A program made the position numbers and the translations under genes. The notes below the pieces were generated by a model. That model saw only the letters and a list, made by a program, of their open reading frames with translations. It did not search any database and was not told the DNA's origin. 64,000 nt of DNA from positions 434,001-498,000 of the forward strand of contig OZ059895.1 of the NCBI GenBank assembly GCA_964057225.1, written 5' to 3'. Shown one piece after another: positions 1 to 11,063 of this stretch (position 1 is the stretch's first letter; each line of letters starts with the position of its first letter). Source of the DNA: Auanema rhodensis. Taxonomy: Eukaryota > Animalia > Nematoda.

Positions 1-123
1 ATATAAGTTCACACTTATATCCTCGATTTTCACCCTGAAGAATTAATTTTTTCGTTGAATAACATTGTCCATCGTCTTTGCCTTGAAAAATGGAATCTAA
101 AAACATCTACTTTTTGCTAAATT

Positions 124-158
124 ATTTTGAAATTTTTCGAAAAAATTTTTGTCAAAAT
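124..158. repeat. A/T-tract dyad cluster in each monomer
   Basis: TTTTTCGAAAAA palindrome (133-144), AAAAATTTTT palindrome (141-150), and outer arms ATTTTGA(124-130)/TCAAAAT(152-158). Confidence 0.75.
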
Positions 159-171
159 GTTTTTGGAAGCA

Positions 172-199
172 ATGTTGAGTGTACATGGAAACTCAACAT
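172..199. repeat. 9-bp perfect inverted repeat with 10-nt loop (ATGTTGAGT-GTACATGGAA-ACTCAACAT), one per monomer
   Basis: Arms at 172-180 and 191-199, read directly. Confidence 0.9.
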
Positions 200-273
200 A
201 CACTAATGCATCATTTTTCAAACGATCATAACTAATTTTTGTATCAAGCGTTTCTCAATGTAGTATAGTGCAT

Positions 274-340
274 TCGATGCGAATTTTTAAGCTGCGTCGA
301 TCTGTGTTATCAGATTTGCGCTAGCTTAAAAATGCACCGA
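274..340. repeat. 67-nt imperfect inverted repeat (hairpin) in every monomer
   Basis: TCGATGC(274-280)/GCACCGA(334-340) with 1 mismatch; ATTTTTAAGCT(283-293)/AGCTTAAAAAT(323-333) perfect 11 bp; GCG(294-296)/CGC(319-321); ATCTG(300-304)/CAGAT(311-315); 6-nt loop. Confidence 0.9.
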
Positions 341-350
341 GATATCAACT

Positions 351-372
351 GATATAAGTTCACACTTATATC
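351..372. repeat. 9-bp perfect inverted repeat with 4-nt loop (GATATAAGT-TCAC-ACTTATATC), one per monomer
   Basis: Read directly. It overlaps a competing dyad, ATATCA-AC-TGATAT (342-355). Confidence 0.9.
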
Positions 373-595
373 CTCGATTTTCACCCTGAAGAATTAATTT
401 TTTCGTTGAATAACATTGTCTATCGGCTTTGCCTTGAAAAATGGAATCTAAAAACATCTACTTTTCGCTAAATTATTTTGAAATTTTTCGAAAAAATTTT
501 TGTCAAAATGTTTTTGGAAGCAATGTTGAGTGTACATGGAAACTCAACATACACTAATGCATCATTTTTCAAACGATCATAACTAATTTTTGTAT

Positions 596-2700
596 CAAGC
601 GTTTCTCAATGTAGTATAGTGCATTCGATGCGGATTTTTAAGCTGCGTCGATCTGTGTTATCAGATTTGCGCTAGCTTAAAAATGCACCGAGATATCAAC
701 TGATATAAGTTCACACTTATATCCTCGATTTTCACCCTGAAGAATTAATTTTTTCGTTGAATAACATTGTCCATTGTCTTTGCCTTGAAAAAAGGAATCT
801 AAAAACATCTACTTTTTGCTAAATTATTTTGAAATTTTTCGAAAAAATTTTTGTCAAAATGTTTTTGGAAGCAATGTTGAGTGTACATGGAAACTCAACA
901 TACACTAATGCATCATTTTTCAAACGATCATAACTAATTTTTGTATTAAGCGTTTCTCAATGTAGTATAGTGCATTCGATGCGGATTTTTAAGCTGCGTC
1001 GATCTGTGTTATCAGATTTGCGCTAGCTTAAAAATGCACCGAGATATCAACTGATATAAGTTCACACTTATATCCTCAATTTTCACCCTGAAGAATTAAT
1101 TTTTTCGTTGAATAACATTGTCCATCGTCTTTGCCTTGAAAAATGGAATCTAAAAACATCTACTTTTTGCTAAATTATTTTGAAATTTTTCGAAAAAATT
1201 TTTGTCAAAATGTTTTTGGAAGCAATGTTGAGTGTACATGGAAACTCAACATACACTAATGCATCATTTTTCAAACGATCATAACTAATTTTTGTATTAA
1301 GCGTTTCTCAATGTAGTATAGTGCATTCGATGCGGATTTTTAAGCTGCGTCGATCTGTGTTATCAGATTTGCGCTAGCTTAAAAATGCACCGAGATATCA
1401 ACTGATATAAGTTCACACTTATATCCTCAATTTTCACCCTGAAGAATTAATTTTTTCGTTGAATAACATTGTCCATCGTCTTTGCCTTGAAAAATGGAAT
1501 CTAAAAACATCTACTTTTTGCTAAATTATTTTGAAATTTTTCGAAAAAATTTTTGTCAAAATGTTTTTGGAAGCAATGTTGAGTGTACATGGAAACTCAA
1601 CATACACTAATGCATCATTTTTCAAACGATCATAACTAATTTTTGTATCAAGCGTTTCTCAATGTAGTATAGTGCATTCGATGCGGATTTTTAAGCTGCG
1701 TCGATCTGTGTTATCAGATTTGCGCTAGCTTAAAAATGCACCGAGATATCAACTGATATAAGTTCACACTTATATCCTCGATTTTCACCCTGAAGAATTA
1801 ATTTTTTCGTTGAATAACATTGTCCATTGTCTTTGCCTTGAAAAAAGGAATCTAAAAACATCTACTTTTTGCTAAATTATTTTGAAATTTTTCGAAAAAA
1901 TTTTTGTCAAAATGTTTTTGGAAGCAATGTTGAGTGTACATGGAAACTCAACATACACTAATGCATCATTTTTCAAACGATCATAACTAATTTTTGTATT
2001 AAGCGTTTCTCAATGTAGTATAGTGCATTCGATGCGGATTTTTAAGCTGCGTCGATCTGTGTTATCAGATTTGCGCTAGCTTAAAAATGCACCGAGATAT
2101 CAACTGATATAAGTTCACACTTATATCCTCAATTTTCACCCTGAAGAATTAATTTTTTCGTTGAATAACATTGTCCATCGTCTTTGCCTTGAAAAATGGA
2201 ATCTAAAAACATCTACTTTTTGCTAAATTATTTTGAAATTTTTCGAAAAAATTTTTGTCAAAATGTTTTTGGAAGCAATGTTGAGTGTACATGGAAACTC
2301 AACATACACTAATGCATCATTTTTCAAACGATCATAACTAATTTTTGTATTAAGCGTTTTTCAATGTAGTATAGTGCATTCGATGCGGATTTTTAAGCTG
2401 CGTCGATCTGTGTTATCAGATTTGCGCTAGCTTAAAAATGCACCGAGATATCAACTGATATAAGTTCACACTTATATCCTCAATTTTCACCCTGAAGAAT
2501 TAATTTTTTCGTTGAATAACATTGTCCATCGTCTTTGCCTTGAAAAATGGAATCTAAAAACATCTACTTTTTGCTAAATTATTTTGAAATTTTTCGAAAA
2601 AATTTTTGTCAAAATGTTTTTGGAAGCAATGTTGAGTGTACATGGAAACTCAACATACACTAATGCATCATTTTTCAAACGATCATAACTAATTTTTGTA
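596..2700 (+). repeat. 3-monomer (1053 bp) tandem duplication in the forward block; boundaries approximate
   Basis: The linked variants GTATCAAG (about 596 and 1649) and CCATTGTC+AAAAAAGG (about 775 and 1828) each recur at a 1053-bp offset. Confidence 0.7.
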
Positions 2701-2989
2701 TTAAGCGTTTCTCAATGTAGTATAGTGCATTCGATGCGGATTTTTAAGCTGCGTCGATCTGTGTTATCAGATTTGCGCTAGCTTAAAAATGCACCGAGAT
2801 ATCAACTGATATAAGTTCACACTTATATCCTCAATTTTCACCCTGAAGAATTAATTTTTTCGTTGAATAACATTGTCCATCGTCTTTGCCTTGAAAAATG
2901 GAATCTAAAAACATCTACTTTTTGCTAAATTATTTTGAAATTTTTCGAAAAAATTTTTGTCAAAATGTTTTTGGAAGCAATGTTGAGTG

Positions 2990-3042
2990 TAGTTATGATC
3001 GTTTGAAAAATGATGCATTAGTGTATGTTGAGTTTCCATGTA
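2990..3042. other. Inversion junction: TA microhomology (2990-2991), 49-nt spacer (2992-3040), centre of a quasi-palindrome with arms of at least 3 kb
   Basis: The left arm ends ...GTTGAGTGTA (2991) and the right arm starts TACACTCAAC (3041). TA at 2990-2991 fits both the forward (GTGTA|C) and reverse (AAT|TAGTT) consensus. There are no inserted bases. Confidence 0.93.
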
Positions 3043-6000
3043 CACTCAACATTGCTTCCAAAAACATTTTGACAAAAATTTTTTCGAAACATTTCAAAAT
3101 AATTTAGCAAAAAGTAGATGTTTTTAGATTCCTTTTTTTGAGGCAAAGACGATGGACAATGTTATTCAACGAAAAAATTAATTCTTCAGGGTGAAAATTG
3201 AGGATATAAGTGTGAACTTATATCAGTTGATATCTCGGTGCATTTTTAAGCTAGCGCAAATCTGATAACACAATTCGACGCAGCTTAAAAATCCGCATCG
3301 AATGCACTATACTACATTGAGAAACGCTTAATACAAAAATTAGTTATGATCGTTTGAAAAATGATGCATTAGTGTATGTTGAGTTTCCATGTACACTCAA
3401 CATTGCTTCCAAAAACATTTTGACAAAAATTTTTTCGAAACATTTCAAAATAATTTAGCAAAAAGTAGATGTTTTTAGATTCCTTTTTTTGAGGCAAAGA
3501 CGATGGACAATGTTATTCAACGAAAAAATTAATTCTTCAGGGTGAAAATTGAGGATATAAGTGTGAACTTATATCAGTTGATATCTCGGTGCATTTTTAA
3601 GCTAGCGCAAATCTGATAACACAGATCGACGCAGCTTAAAAATCCGCATCGAATGCACTATACTACATTGAGAAACGCTTAATACAAAAATTAGTTATGA
3701 TCGTTTGAAAAATGATGCATTAGTGTATGTTGAGTTTCCATGTACACTCAACATTGCTTCCAAAAACATTTTGACAAAAATTTTTTCGAAAAATTTCAAA
3801 ATAATTTAGCAAAAAGTAGATGTTTTTAAATTCCTTTTTTTGAGGCAAAGACGATGGACAATGTTATTCAACGAAAAAATTAATTCTTCAGGGTGAAAAT
3901 TGAGGATATAAGTGTGAACTTATATCAGTTGATAACTCGGTGCATTTTTAAGTTAGCGCAAATCTGATAACACAGATCGACGCAGCTTAAAAATCCGCAT
4001 CGAATGCACTATACTACATTGAGAAACGCTTAATACAAAAATTAGTTATGATCGTTTGAAAAATGATGCATTAGTGTATGTTGAGTTTCCATGTACACTC
4101 AACATTGCTTCCAAAAACATTTTGACAAAAATTTTTTCGAAACATTTCAAAATAATTTAGCAAAAAGTAGATGTTTTTAGATTCCTTTTTTTGAGGCAAA
4201 GACGATGGACAATGTTATTCAACGAAAAAATTAATTCTTCAGGGTGAAAATTGAGGATATAAGTGTGAACTTATATCAGTTGATATCTCGGTGCATTTTT
4301 AAGCTAGCGCAAATCTGATAACACAGATCGACGCAGCTTAAAAATCCGCATCGAATGCACTATACTACATTGAGAAACGCTTAATACAAAAATTAGTTAT
4401 GATCGTTTGAAAAATGATGCATTAGTGTATGTTGAGTTTCCATGTACACTCAACATTGCTTCCAAAAACATTTTGACAAAAAGTTTTTCGAAAAATTTCA
4501 AAATAATTTAGCGAAAAGTAGATGTTTTTAGATTTCTTTTTTCAAGGCAAAGACGATGGACAATGTTATTCAACGAAAAAATTAATTCTTCAGGGTGAAA
4601 ATCGAGGATATAAGTGTGAACTTATATCAGTTGATATCTCGGTGCATTTTTAAGATAGCGCAAATCTGATAACACAGATCGACGCAGCTTAAAAATCCGC
4701 ATCGAGTGCACTATACTACATTGAGAAACGCTTAATACAAAAATTAGTTTTGATCGTTTGAAAAATGATGCATTAGTGTATGTTGAGTTTCCATGTACAC
4801 TCAACATTGCTTCCAAAAACATTTTGACAAAAATTTTTTCGAAAAATTTCAGAATAATTTAGCAAAAAGTAGATGTTTTTAGATTCCATTTTTCAAAGCA
4901 AAGACGATGGACAATGTTATTCAACGAAAAAATTAATTCTTCAGGGTGAAAATCGAGGATATAAGTGTGAACTTATATCAGTTGATATCTCGGTGCATTT
5001 TTAAGTTAGCGCAAATCTGATAACACAGATCGACGCAGCTTAAAAATCCGCATCGAATGCACTATACTACATTGAGAAACGCTTAATACAAAAATTAGTT
5101 ATGATCGTTTGAAAAATGATGCATTAGTGTATGTTGAGTTTCCATGTACACTCAACATTGCTTCCAAAAACATTTTGACAAAAATTTTTTCGAAACATTT
5201 CAAAATAATTTAGCAAAAAGTAGATGTTTTTAGATTCCTTTTTTTGAGGCAAAGACGATGGACAATGTTATTCAACGAAAAAATTAATTCTTCAGGGTGA
5301 AAATTGAGGATATAAGTGTGAACTTATATCAGTTGATATCTCGGTGCATTTTTAAGCTAGCGCAAATCTGATAACACAATTCGACGCAGCTTAAAAATCC
5401 GCATCGAATGCACTATACTACATTGAGAAACGCTTAATACAAAAATTAGTTATGATCGTTTGAAAAATGATGCATTAGTGTATGTTGAGTTTCCATGTAC
5501 ACTCAACATTGCTTCCAAAAACATTTTGACAAAAATTTTTTCGAAACATTTCAAAATAATTTAGCAAAAAGTAGATGTTTTTAGATTCCTTTTTTTGAGG
5601 CAAAGACGATGGACAATGTTATTCAACGAAAAAATTAATTCTTCAGGGTGAAAATTGAGGATATAAGTGTGAACTTATATCAGTTGATATCTCGGTGCAT
5701 TTTTAAGCTAGCGCAAATCTGATAACACAGATCGACGCAGCTTAAAAATCCGCATCGAATGCACTATACTACATTGAGAAACGCTTAATACAAAAATTAG
5801 TTATGATCGTTTGAAAAATGATGCATTAGTGTATGTTGAGTTTCCATGTACACTCAACATTGCTTCCAAAAACATTTTGACAAAAATTTTTTCGAAAAAT
5901 TTCAAAATAATTTAGCAAAAAGTAGATGTTTTTAAATTCCTTTTTTTGAGGCAAAGACGATGGACAATGTTATTCAACGAAAAAATTAATTCTTCAGGGT

Positions 6001-9000
6001 GAAAATTGAGGATATAAGTGTGAACTTATATCAGTTGATAACTCGGTGCATTTTTAAGTTAGCGCAAATCTGATAACACAGATCGACGCAGCTTAAAAAT
6101 CCGCATCGAATGCACTATACTACATTGAGAAACGCTTAATACAAAAATTAGTTATGATCGTTTGAAAAATGATGCATTAGTGTATGTTGAGTTTCCATGT
6201 ACACTCAACATTGCTTCCAAAAACATTTTGACAAAAAGTTTTTCGAAAAATTTCAAAATAATTTAGCGAAAAGTAGATGTTTTTAGATTTCTTTTTTCAA
6301 GGCAAAGACGATGGACAATGTTATTCAACGAAAAAATTTATTCTTCAGGGTGAAAATCGAGGATATAAGTGTGAACTTATATCAGTTGATATCTCGGTGC
6401 ATTTTTAAGATAGCGCAAATCTGATAACACAGATCGACGCAGCTTAAAAATCCGCATCGAGTGCACTATACTACATTGAGAAACGCTTAATACAAAAATT
6501 AGTTTTGATCGTTTGAAAAATGATGCATTAGTGTATGTTGAGTTTCCATGTACACTCAACATTGCTTCCAAAAACATTTTGACAAAAATTTTTTCGAAAA
6601 ATTTCAAAATAATTTAGCAAAAAGTAGATGTTTTCAGATTCCATTTTTCAAAGCAAAGACGATGGACAATGTTATTCAACGAAAAAATTAATTCTTCAGG
6701 GTGAAAATCGAGGATATAAGTGTGAACTTATATCAGTTGATATCTCGGTGCATTTTTAAGTTAGCGCAAATCTGATAACACAGATCGACGCAGCTTAAAA
6801 ATCCGCATCGAATGCACTATACTACATTGAGAAACGCTTAATACAAAAATTAGTTATGATCGTTTGAAAAATTATGCATTAGTGTATGTTGAGTTTCCAT
6901 GTACACTCAACATTGCTTCCAAAAACATTTTGACAAAAATTTTTTCGAAACATTTCAAAATAATTTAGCAAAAAGTAGATGTTTTTAGATTCCTTTTTTT
7001 GAGGCAAAGACGATGGACAATGTTATTCAACGAAAAAATTAATTCTTCAGGGTGAAAATTGAGGATATAAGTGTGAACTTATATCAGTTGATATCTCGGT
7101 GCATTTTTAAGCTAGCGCAAATCTGATAACACAGATCGACGCAGCTTAAAAATCCGCATCGAATGCACTATACTACATTGAGAAACGCTTAATACAAAAA
7201 TTAGTTATGATCGTTTGAAAAATGATGCATTAGTGTATGTTGAGTTTCCATGTACACTCAACATTGCTTCCAAAAACATTTTGACAAAAATTTTTTCGAA
7301 ACATTTCAAAATAATTTAGCAAAAAGTAGATGTTTTTAGATTCCTTTTTTTGAGGCAAAGACGATGGACAATGTTATTCAACGAAAAAATTAATTCTTCA
7401 GGGTGAAAATTGAGGATATAAGTGTGAACTTATATCAGTTGATATCTCGGTGCATTTTTAAGCTAGCGCAAATCTGATAACACAGATCGACGCAGCTTAA
7501 AAATCCGCATCGAATGCACTATACTACATTGAGAAACGCTTAATACAAAAATTAGTTATGATCGTTTGAAAAATGATGCATTAGTGTATGTTGAGTTTCC
7601 ATGTACACTCAACATTGCTTCCAAAAACATTTTGACAAAAAGTTTTTCGAAAAATTTCAAAATAATTTAGCAAAAAGTAGATGTTTTTAGATTCCTTTTT
7701 TCAAAGCAAAGACGATGGACAATGTTATTCAACGAAAAAATTAATTCTTCAGGGTGAAAATCGAGGATATAAGTGTGAACTTATATCAGTTGATATCTCG
7801 GTGCATTTTTAAGCTAGCGCAAATCTGATAACACAGATCGACGCAGCTTAAAAATCCGCATCGAATGCACTATACTACATTGAGAAACGCTTAATACAAA
7901 AATTAGTTATGATCGTTTGAAAAATGATGCATTAGTGTATGTTGAGTTTCCATGTACACTCAACATTGCTTCCAAAAACATTTTGACAAAAATTTTTTCG
8001 AAACATTTCAAAATAATTTAGCAAAAAGTAGATGTTTTTAGATTCCTTTTTTTGAGGCAAAGACGATGGACAATGTTATTCAACGAAAAAATTAATTCTT
8101 CAGGGTGAAAATTGAGGATATAAGTGTGAACTTATATCAGTTGATATCTCGGTGCATTTTTAAGCTAGCGCAAATCTGATAACACAATTCGACGCAGCTT
8201 AAAAATCCGCATCGAATGCACTATACTACATTGAGAAACGCTTAATACAAAAATTAGTTATGATCGTTTGAAAAATGATGCATTAGTGTATGTTGAGTTT
8301 CCATGTACACTCAACATTGCTTCCAAAAACATTTTGACAAAAATTTTTTCGAAACATTTCAAAATAATTTAGCAAAAAGTAGATGTTTTTAGATTCCTTT
8401 TTTTGAGGCAAAGACGATGGACAATGTTATTCAACGAAAAAATTAATTCTTCAGGGTGAAAATTGAGGATATAAGTGTGAACTTATATCAGTTGATATCT
8501 CGGTGCATTTTTAAGCTAGCGCAAATCTGATAACACAGATCGACGCAGCTTAAAAATCCGCATCGAATGCACTATACTACATTGAGAAACGCTTAATACA
8601 AAAATTAGTTTTGATCGTTTGAAAAATGATGCATTAGTGTATGTTGAGTTTCCATGTACACTCAACATTGCTTCCAAAAACATTTTGACAAAAATTTTTT
8701 CGAAAAATTTCAAAATAATTTAGCAAAAAGTAGATGTTTTTAAATTCCTTTTTTTGAGGCAAAGACGATGGACAATGTTATTCAACGAAAAAATTAATTC
8801 TTCAGGGTGAAAATTGAGGATATAAGTGTGAACTTATATCAGTTGATAACTCGGTGCATTTTTAAGTTAGCGCAAATCTGATAACACAGATCGACGCAGC
8901 TTAAAAATCCGCATCGAATGCACTATACTACATTGAGAAACGCTTAATACAAAAATTAGTTATGATCGTTTGAAAAATGATGCATTAGTGTATGTTGAGT

Positions 9001-11063
9001 TTCCATGTACACTCAACATTGCTTCCAAAAACATTTTGACAAAAATTTTTTCGAAACATTTCAAAATAATTTAGCAAAAAGTAGATGTTTTTAGATTCCT
9101 TTTTTTGAGGCAAAGACGATGGACAATGTTATTCAACGAAAAAATTAATTCTTCAGGGTGAAAATTGAGGATATAAGTGTGAACTTATATCAGTTGATAT
9201 CTCGGTGCATTTTTAAGCTAGCGCAAATCTGATAACACAGATCGACGCAGCTTAAAAATCCGCATCGAATGCACTATACTACATTGAGAAACGCTTAATA
9301 CAAAAATTAGTTTTGATCGTTTGAAAAATGATGCATTAGTGTATGTTGAGTTTCCATGTACACTCAACATTGCTTCCAAAAACATTTTGACAAAAATTTT
9401 TTCGAAAAATTTCAAAATAATTTAGCAAAAAGTAGATGTTTTTAAATTCCTTTTTTTGAGGCAAAGACGATGGACAATGTTATTCAACGAAAAAATTAAT
9501 TCTTCAGGGTGAAAATTGAGGATATAAGTGTGAACTTATATCAGTTGATAACTCGGTGCATTTTTAAGTTAGCGCAAATCTGATAACACAGATCGACGCA
9601 GCTTAAAAATCCGCATCGAATGCACTATACTACATTGAGAAACGCTTAATACAAAAATTAGTTATGATCGTTTGAAAAATGATGCATTAGTGTATGTTGA
9701 GTTTCCATGTACACTCAACATTGCTTCCAAAAACATTTTGACAAAAATTTTTTCGAAACATTTCAAAATAATTTAGCAAAAAGTAGATGTTTTTAGATTC
9801 CTTTTTTTGAGGCAAAGACGATGGACAATGTTATTCAACGAAAAAATTAATTCTTCAGGGTGAAAATTGAGGATATAAGTGTGAACTTATATCAGTTGAT
9901 ATCTCGGTGCATTTTTAAGCTAGCGCAAATCTGATAACACAGATCGACGCAGCTTAAAAATCCGCATCGAATGCACTATACTACATTGAGAAACGCTTAA
10001 TACAAAAATTAGTTATGATCGTTTGAAAAATGATGCATTAGTGTATGTTGAGTTTCCATGTACACTCAACATTGCTTCCAAAAACATTTTGACAAAAATT
10101 TTTTCGAAAAATTTCAAAATAATTTAGCAAAAAGTAGATGTTTTTAAATTCCTTTTTTTGAGGCAAAGACGATGGACAATGTTATTCAACGAAAAAATTA
10201 ATTCTTCAGGGTGAAAATTGAGGATATAAGTGTGAACTTATATCAGTTGATAACTCGGTGCATTTTTAAGTTAGCGCAAATCTGATAACACAGATCGACG
10301 CAGCTTAAAAATCCGCATCGAATGCACTATACTACATTGAGAAACGCTTAATACAAAAATTAGTTATGATCGTTTGAAAAATGATGCATTAGTGTATGTT
10401 GAGTTTCCATGTACACTCAACATTGCTTCCAAAAACATTTTGACAAAAAGTTTTTCGAAAAATTTCAAAATAATTTAGCGAAAAGTAGATGTTTTTAGAT
10501 TTCTTTTTTCAAGGCAAAGACGATGGACAATGTTATTCAACGAAAAAATTAATTCTTCAGGGTGAAAATCGAGGATATAAGTGTGAACTTATATCAGTTG
10601 ATATCTCGGTGCATTTTTAAGATAGCGCAAATCTGATAACACAGATCGACGCAGCTTAAAAATCCGCATCGAGTGCACTATACTACATTGAGAAACGCTT
10701 AATACAAAAATTAGTTTTGATCGTTTGAAAAATGATGCATTAGTGTATGTTGAGTTTCCATGTACACTCAACATTGCTTCCAAAAACATTTTGACAAAAA
10801 TTTTTTCGAAAAATTTCAAAATAATTTAGCAAAAAGTAGATGTTTTTAGATTCCATTTTTCAAAGCAAAGACGATGGACAATGTTATTCAACGAAAAAAT
10901 TAATTCTTCAGGGTGAAAATCGAGGATATAAGTGTGAACTTATATCAGTTGATATCTCGGTGCATTTTTAAGTTAGCGCAAATCTGATAACACAGATCGA
11001 CGCAGCTTAAAAATCCGCATCGAATGCACTATACTACATTGAGAAACGCTTAATACAAAAATT

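Larger units (their letters stand above)
1..2991 (+). repeat. Forward-orientation satellite block (about 8.5 monomers; strand label arbitrary)
   Basis: 351-bp period. The last partial monomer starts at 2809 and ends at ...AATGTTGAGTGTA (2991), where the forward consensus would continue CATGGAAAC. Confidence 0.97.

Noticed and set aside
50-66. CENP-B-box-like TTTCGTTGAATAACATT
   Set aside because: It matches TTCG and the central A of the nTTCGnnnnAnnCGGGn core but lacks CGGG entirely.
86-164. Helically phased A/T tracts implying intrinsic curvature
   Set aside because: The tracts are dense but spaced irregularly (about 6-14 bp). A curvature calculation is needed before making a claim.
144-270. 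Internal subrepeat (AATTTTTGTCAAAATGTTT vs AATTTTTGTATCAAGCGTTT, about 90-bp offset) or a 2 x 175-bp dimer origin
   Set aside because: The similarity is short and low-complexity, and I could not align the two halves of the monomer.
1-351. Tandem 5S rRNA, tRNA, snRNA or spliced-leader gene unit
   Set aside because: I recognise no such sequence or Pol III A/B/C boxes, and T-tracts are frequent. An Rfam/Infernal scan would settle it.
1-351. Assignment to a named satellite of about 350-360 bp (e.g. Drosophila 1.688 family or tenebrionid beetle satellites)
   Set aside because: Only length and AT content are similar. I do not recognise sequence identity and cannot run a search.
2898-3107. 69-aa ORF on + strand
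   Set aside because: It is a chimeric reading frame running across the inversion junction. Both halves are satellite sequence and there is no recognisable domain.
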